From: an uncultured Ruminococcus sp.
Lineage (GTDB): Bacteria; Bacillota; Clostridia; UBA1212
Assembly (NCBI GenBank): GCA_902792515.1
Contig: CADAZX010000016.1
Span: forward strand, 19,952-83,951
DNA: 64,000 bases
Reading direction: 5' to 3'
The position numbers were made by a program, and so were the translations under genes. Shown piece by piece: positions 25,367 to 34,115 of the stretch. The stretch's first letter is position 1; each line of letters opens with the position of its first letter. The notes beneath the pieces are model-generated. The model was not told the DNA's origin and made no database searches. It saw nothing but the letters and a program-made list of their open reading frames with translations.

Positions 25367-26779
25367 TTATACTTTCTCTAAGCGGATCGTATTGTTTTCG
25401 CCCGGTCTTCCGCTCACGGAGCCTCCAACCAGAATCACGTTGTCGCCCTTTTCGAGTCCGAGCACCTTGGTGGTCTTTTTGAGCGCCGCGTAGAAAATGA
25501 CCTCGGCCGACGGGTATTCCTCGGACAGCACCGGGATGACGCCCCAGGAGAGCGCCAGCTTGCGCCATTCGCGCTTGTCGGTAGTAAGGCCCACGATGTC
25601 GGCTATAGGCCTGAAACGGGAAACCATGCGGACGGTCATTCCCGAAATCGAGCAGACGGCGATTGCCTTGGCGTCTATCGCGAGCGCCATGTTGCAGGCC
25701 GAGTGGGAAATCGCATCGATGTTATTTTCGATGCGGAAGTACTCGTCGTGGAAATATTTCTTGTAGTCGACGTGCTTTTCGGTCTCCTCGCAGATTTCCG
25801 CCATCACCTCGACCGTGCGCACCGGATATTTTCCGGAAGCCGATTCTCCCGAGAGCATGACCGCCGACGTCCCGTCGTAAACCGCGTTCGCCACGTCGGA
25901 AATTTCCGCCCTCGTCGGCCGCGGGTTGTTGATCATCGACTCGAGCATCTCGGTGGCCGTAATAACGCGCTTCCCGAGCATTCTGCAAATCGTGATCAGC
26001 TCCTTCTGCCGCGCCGGAACCTGCTTGAACGGAATCTCGACGCCCAGATCGCCTCTCGCCACCATCACGCCCTCGCACTTTTCGCAGATCTCGTAAATGT
26101 GATCCACGCCGGACTGGTTTTCGATTTTCGCGATGATTCCGATGCCCTTGCCGCCGTTCACGTCGAGGAAATTCCTCATGTCCTCAACGTTTTCACGGTT
26201 GGAAACGAACGACGCCGCCACGTAGTCGACCTCGTTTTCGATGCCGAAAAGCAGATCGGCCTTGTCCTGCTCGCTGAGGAAAACCTGATGCAGCACTTTT
26301 CCCGGAAATGACATTCCCTTGCGGTTGGAAACGGTCCCGCCCGCAACAACGGTGCAGTTGATGTCGTGCCCCTTGATCTCGTCAACCGTGAACTGCACGA
26401 TGCCGTCGTTTACGTAAATCGTGTCGCCCGCCTCGAGCTCGTCGCAAAGCGTCTTGTATGAGACCGAAACCTTCGTCGCGTCGCCCTCAACGTCGTCCAC
26501 CGTAAACGTAAACTTGTCGCCGTCCTTGAGCTCGATCGGGCCGTCCGCGAACGTTCCGATTCTGTACTCGGGTCCCTTCGTGTCGAGCATTATCGCCACC
26601 GGCAGGTCGAGTTTCTCCCTGATCTTCTTGACCCGGTCCATAACGGTCTTGTGCCACTCGTGCGTTCCGTGCGAAAAATTGAACCTCGCGACGTTCATTC
26701 CCGCCTTCATAAGCTTTTCGATCGTCTCTTCGGTCTCGCTCGCCGGTCCGAGTGTGCAGATGATTTTTGTCTTGCGCAT
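25367..26779 (-). CDS. pyk: Pyruvate kinase.
   Basis: Start re-set to the ATG at 26779 (MRKTKIICTLGPASETEETIEKLMKAGMNVARFNFSHG) with a GGAAGGAAGG RBS. MVARGDLGVEIP motif present. Confidence 0.92.
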   Translation of the reverse strand: MRKTKIICTLGPASETEETIEKLMKAGMNVARFNFSHGTHEWHKTVMDRVKKIREKLDLPVAIMLDTKGPEYRIGTFADGPIELKDGDKFTFTVDDVEGDATKVSVSYKTLCDELEAGDTIYVNDGIVQFTVDEIKGHDINCTVVAGGTVSNRKGMSFPGKVLHQVFLSEQDKADLLFGIENEVDYVAASFVSNRENVEDMRNFLDVNGGKGIGIIAKIENQSGVDHIYEICEKCEGVMVARGDLGVEIPFKQVPARQKELITICRMLGKRVITATEMLESMINNPRPTRAEISDVANAVYDGTSAVMLSGESASGKYPVRTVEVMAEICEETEKHVDYKKYFHDEYFRIENNIDAISHSACNMALAIDAKAIAVCSISGMTVRMVSRFRPIADIVGLTTDKREWRKLALSWGVIPVLSEEYPSAEVIFYAALKKTTKVLGLEKGDNVILVGGSVSGRPGENNTIRLEKV

Positions 26780-26832
26780 AGTATATGCCTTCCTTCCTGT
26801 GTTTGCAGCGTCAGAATCACTTTGTATTTTTA

Positions 26833-27870
26833 TCACTTTTCTCTCCTTTTTGCAATCAAAATCGCGCACGCGGCCGCCAAAAATACCACGCACCACGCCG
26901 CTGTTCCGGCTGTTCCTGTTGTTCCTGTTGTTCCGGCCGTTCCCGCAATGAACCCGCCGCAGCCTTTTCCCGCTTTTCCGGTTTTTCCCTGCTCCGGCTG
27001 TTTTTCCGTCGGCTCAGCCACCTTCGCAGTCGGCTCCCCGGGCGCCTTTGTCGGCGTCGGCTCAGGCGTATTCGTCGGCTCCGGCGTCGGCTTCGGCACG
27101 TACTCGGGAAGCTCCTCCGCCGTGTACATGTCCAAAATCTTCACCTCGTAAATCGCCGCAATATCGCTGTAAATGTTGAACCCGACCGCCGTAAACTCCG
27201 GGTCCTTCCCCTCGTCGAAAACCGGCTTGCTCCACTGCTGATGCCTGCACAACAGCTCCTTCGGAATGAAAACGTACCCCTGAAACTCCTCGGGAATCGT
27301 ATACCCGTACCGCCCGTTGTTGGTGTCCGGAACGCCGTCCGCCTCCGTTTCAACGGTCATATTCCCCTCTTTGTCAACAAGAATGAACCTGCCGCCCTCG
27401 ATCTCTCCGCCAAGGAACACGTTCCCGCACCCCGGCACCTCGGGCTGAAAACTGAACCAAACGTCGCCGTCGCTGCTGTTTTCCAACGAAAACACAATGT
27501 ATTTCGCGCCCTCCAGCACCCCCGCTGCCTTCAGCTCGGGCGCCTTGATCCCGTACCTGTCCACGCACGACCCCATGCCCTCAAGAAGGATCTCGCCGTT
27601 TTCTATCGTGCATGTCCCGTAGGGTGACTCCGCGTCCTTCGAGTTGTCAAAGGACTCAACCAGCTTGAGCGTCACAGCCCCGCCGTCCCCGTAAGGTATC
27701 TCAACGGTTTCCGTCGCCGTTACACTGCCGTCAGTATTCTCGGGCGCGCCGGCCTCTCCGGTCTCTGTGGCCTCTGCGGCCTCTGAGGCGCCTGTGAAAA
27801 CCGCCAACGACAGGCAAATCGCGAAAATCGCACAAAGCACGCAAAACATTTTTCTTTTCATTTTTTTCAT
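26833..27870 (-). CDS. Secreted, C-terminally anchored protein of unknown function.
   Basis: The ORF-track N-terminus is translated tandem repeat. The real start is at 27870 or 27861 (MKKMKRKMFCVLCAIFAICLSLAVFTGASEA). A PT linker precedes the C-terminal GKAGKGCGGFIAG...AWCVVFLAAACAILIAKRREK. Confidence 0.65.
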   Translation of the reverse strand: MKKMKRKMFCVLCAIFAICLSLAVFTGASEAAEATETGEAGAPENTDGSVTATETVEIPYGDGGAVTLKLVESFDNSKDAESPYGTCTIENGEILLEGMGSCVDRYGIKAPELKAAGVLEGAKYIVFSLENSSDGDVWFSFQPEVPGCGNVFLGGEIEGGRFILVDKEGNMTVETEADGVPDTNNGRYGYTIPEEFQGYVFIPKELLCRHQQWSKPVFDEGKDPEFTAVGFNIYSDIAAIYEVKILDMYTAEELPEYVPKPTPEPTNTPEPTPTKAPGEPTAKVAEPTEKQPEQGKTGKAGKGCGGFIAGTAGTTGTTGTAGTAAWCVVFLAAACAILIAKRREK

Positions 27871-27884
27871 CCTCTTTTCCTCGT

Positions 27885-28128
27885 GTAGAATCCACATTTT
27901 CGTGGAAAATCCACATTTCCTGCGGAGAATCCACTTTTTCCAGGAGAACCCACATTTCCCGCGGAGAATCCACTTTCTCCCGGAGAACCCACATTTTCCG
28001 CGGAGAATCCACTTTCTCCCGGAGAACCCACATTTCCCGCGGAGAATCCACTTTCTCCCGGAGAACACACATTTTCCGCGGAGAATCCACTTTTTCCCGG
28101 AAAATCCACATTTTCCGCGGAGAAAGCG
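27885..28128. repeat. Tandem array of about 13 dyad-symmetric 19-20-nt units (39-nt super-period), core GGAGAATCCAC.
   Basis: Units GGAGAATCCACTTTCTCCC and GGAGAACCCACATTT(T/C)CCGC alternate. The array fills the gap between the stop at 28133 and the start at 27870. Confidence 0.85.
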
Positions 28129-28132
28129 CTTC

Positions 28133-29986
28133 TCAATAGTTGAACACGTACTCGTAGCTCAAACGGCCCATCGGCATCGACCGTCCGCTCACGTAGTAGT
28201 CCATAATATCCGACGGATTTTCAACGCTGTCAGCAACCTTGAAATAAATCTTGCCGTTGATCTCCCCGTGTTTCGCTCCGAGTCCAATCGTCGCCATAGG
28301 AACCGCAAAGTAGACGTATTTTCCGTTTACCTTGATCTCGGCCTCTCCCGATGGTTTTCCGGAAAAATCCGCCGAGAGCTTCTCAACAGCCGCCTTTCCG
28401 CCGGTTTTCGACCTGTTCACGACGTATTCGTACGACTCCCATCCCTTTTTCGCGCAGTTCCCGGTGCCGATAAAAACGTTCATGCTGTCGGCGCCTCCCT
28501 CAGGCGCAACCGGGTCGGCGCATTCGACCCTGAAATAAATATTCGCGGAGTCGCTTGTAACCTTCACGGAAAGGATGTTGTTTTTGGCGGCAGGAACCGT
28601 GTATTTCAGATTGTCCGCAGCGCCGGTGAAATTGCGTTCTTCGTTGGCCGTTCCGACGTGTCTGTAAATCGCCTTCACGTCGTCCCACTGCGAGTCGTCT
28701 CCGTTCAGGTCGATCGTTTTGTACACGTTGTCGGCAATCAACCCGTCGGTCGAGTTGTACTTGTACTTTCTGATGTTCGCGATCATTTGAATAAAGTACG
28801 CGTCCTCGTAGCCGCCCTTCATGGGTTCAATGTCGCGCGAATACTCCATGTCGACGTTGTCGCACAGCATGTACTCGCCGCCGTACTCCTGCTTGAACGC
28901 GATCCACTCGTTCCAGCCCGTAACCATCACGATTTCGGGGTCATTTTTGAAGACCGTTTCCCATTCAGACTGGAAAAAAGTGCCTTTCATGATGTCTTCG
29001 TGGATATTCTTCCCCGTTTTGACGTTGTAGCCGCGGCCCCAGTTGCACCAGTTTTCGTGAGTCAGCGAAAAACTGAAAGGAACCATCGGGTGCGTCGCGA
29101 CCGACACGTTCATCGTGTTGCCGTTGAGCGGCTGCGGGTACGTCCATTCGGTATACGGGAACGAGTTCTCATTGTGCTCGTCGTTCGGCCAGCACGCCTC
29201 TTTGACGTAGAAAAAGTCCTGAAGCTCCTTGCTCAGGTTCTCGGGCTTGTACGTAAACTCGCCGCGGCCCTCCGCCTCCGCGCGGTCCTTCCACGCGGCC
29301 GTGTATCCGATAATCATCGGTTTTCCGTCGATCCTGAACCAGGCGTCCGAAAACTCTCCTGACTTGTAGAAATTGTCGTAAATCCGGCCGATCGTCTCAA
29401 TGGAATGGCTGTGAGTGTAAAAAGTGACCTGCGGGGCGTTCCAACCCTCCTGCCGCAACTCCTTGATGATCGTCATGATCCGCTTGACCTGCCGCTCATA
29501 AAGAACCGTATTCGTCGTGTCGAAAATGATAAAATCGACGCCGGCGTCGGTCAGAAGTTCGAGATGCCTGCGCAGAACCCACTTGTCGAGGCTGTTGTAA
29601 TAGCCGAAAAGCGGCTCCGCCCACCAGTGCGGCTGACCGTCAGGACTGATTTTGTCGTCCTTTTGGTGGAACAGAACGTCTTTCCCGTATTCTTCCAGAA
29701 TTTTCGAGACGTCGTAAATCTCCGGCGAAGAAGGGGCCCCGAGCCACACAAAATAGAAAAGCCCGACCTGTCTCGAGTCACGCACGCCGCTCGCGGAAGG
29801 CACCGTGCGCCCAAAGTTGTCGAAGCCCACGATCATATTGTTGTTGTATCCGTCTCCGTAAATTTCAGTTTTCACGAGGTTCTCCTTTTTATAGCGGTCC
29901 CCTTCCGGAACGCATGCCGAAAGAAGCGACGCCGCCGTCGCCAAAACAACCACCATTGCGATAATTATGCGTATCATTTTTTTCAT
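28133..29986 (-). CDS. Lipoprotein, glycoside-hydrolase-like (family not assignable by eye).
   Basis: Start re-set to 29986 (MKKMIRIIIAMVVVLATAASLLSAC lipobox) with a GGAGG RBS. GLFYFVWLG...WWAEPLFGYYNS...GVDFIIFDTTN resembles TIM-barrel glycosidase-like families. Confidence 0.45.
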   Translation of the reverse strand: MKKMIRIIIAMVVVLATAASLLSACVPEGDRYKKENLVKTEIYGDGYNNNMIVGFDNFGRTVPSASGVRDSRQVGLFYFVWLGAPSSPEIYDVSKILEEYGKDVLFHQKDDKISPDGQPHWWAEPLFGYYNSLDKWVLRRHLELLTDAGVDFIIFDTTNTVLYERQVKRIMTIIKELRQEGWNAPQVTFYTHSHSIETIGRIYDNFYKSGEFSDAWFRIDGKPMIIGYTAAWKDRAEAEGRGEFTYKPENLSKELQDFFYVKEACWPNDEHNENSFPYTEWTYPQPLNGNTMNVSVATHPMVPFSFSLTHENWCNWGRGYNVKTGKNIHEDIMKGTFFQSEWETVFKNDPEIVMVTGWNEWIAFKQEYGGEYMLCDNVDMEYSRDIEPMKGGYEDAYFIQMIANIRKYKYNSTDGLIADNVYKTIDLNGDDSQWDDVKAIYRHVGTANEERNFTGAADNLKYTVPAAKNNILSVKVTSDSANIYFRVECADPVAPEGGADSMNVFIGTGNCAKKGWESYEYVVNRSKTGGKAAVEKLSADFSGKPSGEAEIKVNGKYVYFAVPMATIGLGAKHGEINGKIYFKVADSVENPSDIMDYYVSGRSMPMGRLSYEYVFNY

Positions 29987-30266
29987 CGGATCAATCCTCC
30001 GTAGATTCAGCGGCCGTAAAGGCGCTGCCTGCCCGCATCGTTGCGGTTTATTCTTCTTGTGTAAATTATACCACACAACCTCTCGCGAATAAAGGTCTTT
30101 CCCGCACTGCCGCCGGAAATGTGTTAGAACCGTTCTTCTCCTTACAAAGCCTTACAAGCCTTACAAATCCGGCACAATCCGGCCCGTTCAGGTGATTTCG
30201 TGTTGCGGTGTGATGATCGGTGTGGTACAATTAAAGTGATTTTGATATCTCTTAAAGGAGGTCAAT

Positions 30267-31181
30267 ATGAAAAGGATTCTTGCCGCCGTTTTGGCGCTTG
30301 CACTTGTTGCAGGACTTACTTTCACTTTCTCTTTTGCGGACGAGTCGGAGTACACGAACTATCTGACTCACAAATGGGAGGCAACGTTCTTTCCCGGCGA
30401 GCTCACAGAGCAGGAAGAGGACGGCGATATCGTCACCACCTACATTCCCAAGGCTGATGCGTCGTGGTATTCGCCCCAGCTCAGTGTTTTAAGCGATCTC
30501 CGGACGCTCGCGGGGGATAGCGAATACATCAACGCGGTTTTTCGCCTCGAGGTCCGCGGCGTTTTCGATAAACCGGATTCCGAAAACACTTTTAAATTTC
30601 TTCTGCGCGGAATCGATCCTCATTCGAACACCTACTTCTTCAAGGCCGAGGACATGGACGACTGGAACGGTACCGGATTCACCTGGAACGAACTCTACGA
30701 CGACCTGATCGGCGAAGGCACTCTGTATTTTATTCAGGATGCCGGCATAAACGTCATGTCTGACGTCAACCCGGGGACCATCGAGGTCAACGGCGAGGAC
30801 TGGACGGTTTTCGAATCCGACCCGATTCTCATCTCCTCGGCCCTGCTGAAATCCGACCTCTTTTCCGACATCATTCTCTGCATGGACTTCCTCCCGAACG
30901 GTTTCACCGGCGGTTTTAAAGGCGTCCAGATGAAAAATACCGCCATTTACGACGCGGATCAGTTCGCCGGTTCGGTCACTCCGACGGCCGAGCGCGAAAA
31001 TCCCGTTGAGACAGAAAAGCCGGCGGCTGAAACCGAAAAGCCCGCCGCAGCCACGGAAAAACCGGCAGAATCCACCGGAAAGCCCGCCAAAAACAAGGGC
31101 TGCGGAGGCGCGATTCTCTCCTGTGCGGCACCGGTTCTGCTCGCCGCCGCGGCATTCGTACTGAGAAAGAAATACAGGTGA
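30267..31181 (+). CDS. Secreted, C-terminally anchored protein of unknown function.
   Basis: AAAGGAGG RBS. Signal peptide MKRILAAVLALALVAGLTFTFSFA. C-terminus KNKGCGGAILSCAAPVLLAAAAFVLRKKYR. Confidence 0.7.
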   Translation: MKRILAAVLALALVAGLTFTFSFADESEYTNYLTHKWEATFFPGELTEQEEDGDIVTTYIPKADASWYSPQLSVLSDLRTLAGDSEYINAVFRLEVRGVFDKPDSENTFKFLLRGIDPHSNTYFFKAEDMDDWNGTGFTWNELYDDLIGEGTLYFIQDAGINVMSDVNPGTIEVNGEDWTVFESDPILISSALLKSDLFSDIILCMDFLPNGFTGGFKGVQMKNTAIYDADQFAGSVTPTAERENPVETEKPAAETEKPAAATEKPAESTGKPAKNKGCGGAILSCAAPVLLAAAAFVLRKKYR

Positions 31182-31202
31182 CGTCTTCACCGGTTCCGTC
31201 TC

Positions 31203-34028
31203 ATGAAAAAGAACCTGATAATCATTTTCTTGCTGCTCGGCATGGGCTTTATGTTACCCATGCCGGGTTTTAATGCGCCCATGAAAGCCACCGGCGCCGT
31301 AATCGAAAACGCTATGGTCTGGAAACGCACTGATATTGTTCTCACAAGCGAAAAAGAATACGAAAACCCATATACGGACGTCGATATCGACGCGGTTTTT
31401 ACACATGAGAGCGGCGAAACCGTTCACCTCTACGGCTTCTGGAACGGCGGCAGCGAGTGGCGCGTGCGCTTTTCGCCCACAAAAACAGGCGTCTGGTCCT
31501 ACGTTATTACGTGTTCCGACGTTTCGAACGCCTCGCTCAACGTCTCCGGCAGCCTTACGGCGGTCGAAAACACCGGTTCGTCCGATATCGACAGGCACGG
31601 CTTCGTTAAGATCTCCGCCAACGGAAGGTATTTCGTTCATGACGACGGAACGCCTTTTTACTGGCTCGGCGACACGAACTGGCAGGCGCCGAACTACGTC
31701 TCCGTGACGCGGTGCAACTATCCCGGCTGCGTGTGCGGCAACCAGTTTAAACACGAGGTAGACGACCGTCTGGCCAAAGGCTTCACGGTTTATCAGACGT
31801 ATTTCGACAGCGGCGAGTCCGACGGCGGCGGACAGCGTTCGACTACAGAAGAGCCCGGACTCTGGCTCATACAGTACGACCTTCCCGACGTTTCGACCTT
31901 CAATTCCAAAATCGACGGAATGTTCGACTACCTGGCCGAAAAGGGAATGGTTATCGCCCTCGGATTCGGAGTTCACGCAAGCACCGTTACCGCCATGGGA
32001 CGCGAAGCGCTCGACAGGTTTTCGCGCTACCTCACCGCCAGGTACGCCGCCTACCCTGTCGTCTGGATCACCGCGCAGGAAATCACCGGTCCGGAACATT
32101 TTGACGCATGGGTTTCGTCGGCGAGAATCGTTGATGCCGGCGATGGCTACAACCACCCGCACAGTGCGCACCAGTACCCGCTCCGGGTCGAAAACGAATT
32201 TGTCGAAAAGCTCGACCGCGAGCCCTGGCACTCTTTTTACGCGCTTCAGGGCGGGCACGGAGGGATTATTACTCAAAAATCTCTCTACGAGGGCTACTGG
32301 AACAGCACCCGCGCCGGCTTTGCGAAGCCCTTTGTGGAAACCGAAGCGAATTACGAGGACATCATCTGCGGCACGTTCAACGGCTACAGCGCCTCCAGGA
32401 TCTCTGCCTGGAAGGCAAACATGTGCGGCAGCTACGGCTTCACGTACGGCGTCACGGGAATATGGGCCAACAACTATTCCACTGCCGGGAACACCGGCTG
32501 GTTCGGTTCGTTCAGCTTCGAACCCTGGTACATGGGACTCGACAAGCCAGGCTCTTTTGAAATGAAATACATGGCCGCGTTCTTTAAATACGCGGATTTC
32601 AGCCGGCTCGTGCCGCGCTTTAACGACGCGTCGTACTCGGACCTCACCGATGAGACAAAGGTCGTTTCCTCTTCTGCCAACGCCGACACATATGTCGCGT
32701 ACTTCTATAACAAGGATTTGTCGACAGGCGAGCTGCGCGGGCTTGACCCTGAAGCGCACTACTCCGCGAAGTGGTACAACCCTCTGACCGGCTGTTTTGT
32801 CGAGATCTCCGCTCAAATTGACGCAAAGGACGGACGCTATACGATTCCCGAAAAACCTACTTCGGGAGACTGGGCGCTTCTTGTCACAAGCCGCACCGAC
32901 CTCGGCTCTTACATCACCGAAAAGGCTTATACCGACGAACGGCTCGTCCCTTCCCGCACCGCCGGAAGCCCTGTCCTCATCTCGAACGAAAAAGGCTCCA
33001 ATATTTTAACGGGCTCCGCGGCCTCCGCGTCGAGTTCCAGCGTGGACGAAAGCAATGCGTCAAAATCAGTCGACGGCCGCTTCGACACCTGGTGGTGCGC
33101 CTCTGACGGTTCGTTCCCGCAAAGTCTGTGCTATGAGCTTCCCGAAGAACGCTCATTCAACACGTTTTCGATGGAGCTTTACCGCGGCACCACGTCCGCC
33201 GGCTACATCCTGGAAATCTCGAACGACGGCAAAAACTGGACCGAAGTCTATTCATGCGACGAAGAAATCGCTCAGTCACTCGACACCACGTCGTCGTTCA
33301 CCTGCCTGCTGTCCCGCGAATACGCCTGCAGATACCTGCGCGTCACGTTCACCAAGGTCGTCGGAAACTGGGCGGCAGTCGTCGACGCGGCAGCGTATAC
33401 CACCCGTTTCAGCAGTCAGCTGCCCGAATACGCCGGAACAAGGCTCGTTCCCGAGGTGAACTGCCCCGGAAGTTTTATATACGACGCGGAAGGGAACGGA
33501 ACCGACACGGTCGAAAATCTGTTTGACGGCGACGAAAACACTTTGTGGGTCCCGTTCGCTCCGATCGCCACGCAGACCGTTTCGATGGACCTCGGAACTC
33601 CGTCCGTTCTTCAGGGAATCAATATACATGTCGGGAACGGCGCGATCATTCCTGAATACCGGATCGAGGGGTCGAACGACGGCCTTGTGTGGACCGTTCT
33701 GGCCGACGCTACCGTTCGTGACCGCAACGTTTTCGAGGTCGGTGGACGGCGCATCGTAAGCGAGCCTCTCGCGGGCGAATACCGCTACGTCAAGCTTCTC
33801 TGGCTGAACGTGGGAAGCAACAGCGCCGACAAATCCATTTCGGAAATCGAGCTTTTCGCCGGCGAAAACGCTCCTTCTGAAACCGGAAAGCCCGCTGGCA
33901 GCGGTAAAACTTCCGTAAATGCCCGAAAAAAGATCACCGCCGCCATTCTAGCAGGCGCCGGCTGCCTCGCAGCCGCAGGCGCCGCGATCGCGACCGCAGC
34001 CGTCATAAAGAAAAAACGCGGCGCCTGA
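31203..34028 (+). CDS. GH140-like (DUF5060/DUF4038-type) glycoside hydrolase with two F5/8-type-C (discoidin-like) domains and a C-terminal TM anchor.
   Basis: FYWLGDTNWQAP and the KTGVWSYVITCSD Ig-like N-terminus. Two blocks resemble discoidin domains: KSVDGRFDTWWCAS and LFDGDENTLWVPF. C-terminal hydrophobic span followed by KKKRGA. Confidence 0.55.
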   Translation: MKKNLIIIFLLLGMGFMLPMPGFNAPMKATGAVIENAMVWKRTDIVLTSEKEYENPYTDVDIDAVFTHESGETVHLYGFWNGGSEWRVRFSPTKTGVWSYVITCSDVSNASLNVSGSLTAVENTGSSDIDRHGFVKISANGRYFVHDDGTPFYWLGDTNWQAPNYVSVTRCNYPGCVCGNQFKHEVDDRLAKGFTVYQTYFDSGESDGGGQRSTTEEPGLWLIQYDLPDVSTFNSKIDGMFDYLAEKGMVIALGFGVHASTVTAMGREALDRFSRYLTARYAAYPVVWITAQEITGPEHFDAWVSSARIVDAGDGYNHPHSAHQYPLRVENEFVEKLDREPWHSFYALQGGHGGIITQKSLYEGYWNSTRAGFAKPFVETEANYEDIICGTFNGYSASRISAWKANMCGSYGFTYGVTGIWANNYSTAGNTGWFGSFSFEPWYMGLDKPGSFEMKYMAAFFKYADFSRLVPRFNDASYSDLTDETKVVSSSANADTYVAYFYNKDLSTGELRGLDPEAHYSAKWYNPLTGCFVEISAQIDAKDGRYTIPEKPTSGDWALLVTSRTDLGSYITEKAYTDERLVPSRTAGSPVLISNEKGSNILTGSAASASSSSVDESNASKSVDGRFDTWWCASDGSFPQSLCYELPEERSFNTFSMELYRGTTSAGYILEISNDGKNWTEVYSCDEEIAQSLDTTSSFTCLLSREYACRYLRVTFTKVVGNWAAVVDAAAYTTRFSSQLPEYAGTRLVPEVNCPGSFIYDAEGNGTDTVENLFDGDENTLWVPFAPIATQTVSMDLGTPSVLQGINIHVGNGAIIPEYRIEGSNDGLVWTVLADATVRDRNVFEVGGRRIVSEPLAGEYRYVKLLWLNVGSNSADKSISEIELFAGENAPSETGKPAGSGKTSVNARKKITAAILAGAGCLAAAGAAIATAAVIKKKRGA

Positions 34029-34058
34029 GCCACGCTTTTCCCTAATTATAGTAAAAAA

Positions 34059-34095
34059 CGCAGCCCTCTTTAATTCTGCGGGGGCTGCGTTTTTT
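34059..34095. terminator. Bidirectional intrinsic terminator.
   Basis: CGCAGCCC...GGGCTGCG stem with AAAAAA upstream and TTTTTT downstream. Confidence 0.7.
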
Positions 34096-34115
34096 GTATT
34101 CCGCCTCTGGCGGTT

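Noticed and set aside
27885-28128. Possibility that the tandem arrays at 27.9 kb and 62 kb are CRISPR arrays.
   Set aside because: The units are contiguous with no unique spacers. The periods (39 and 58 nt) are made entirely of repeat sub-units. No cas genes are present in the window.
27731-28136. ORFs with repeated peptides (FSGRKWILRGKCG, PRKMWVLREKVDS, ENVGSPGESGFSA) on both strands, and the N-terminal extension of the 26833..28068 ORF.
   Set aside because: These are artefacts of a stop-free 39-nt tandem repeat that is open in several frames. The real downstream gene starts at its signal peptide (27870 or 27861).
31254-32816. Long antisense or alternative-frame ORFs in GC-rich genes: 31254..32816, 34224..35597, 34570..36438, 41624..42667, 47937..49457, 27767..29362, 24225..25253, 56059..57270, 15472..16524, 12619..13467, 8956..9828, 6664..7368.
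   Set aside because: Each lies opposite, or out of frame with, a gene that has clear family motifs. They are Arg/Ser/Pro/Ala-rich, as expected for shadow frames in GC-rich DNA, and one of them (34570..36438) even runs antisense through hpf.
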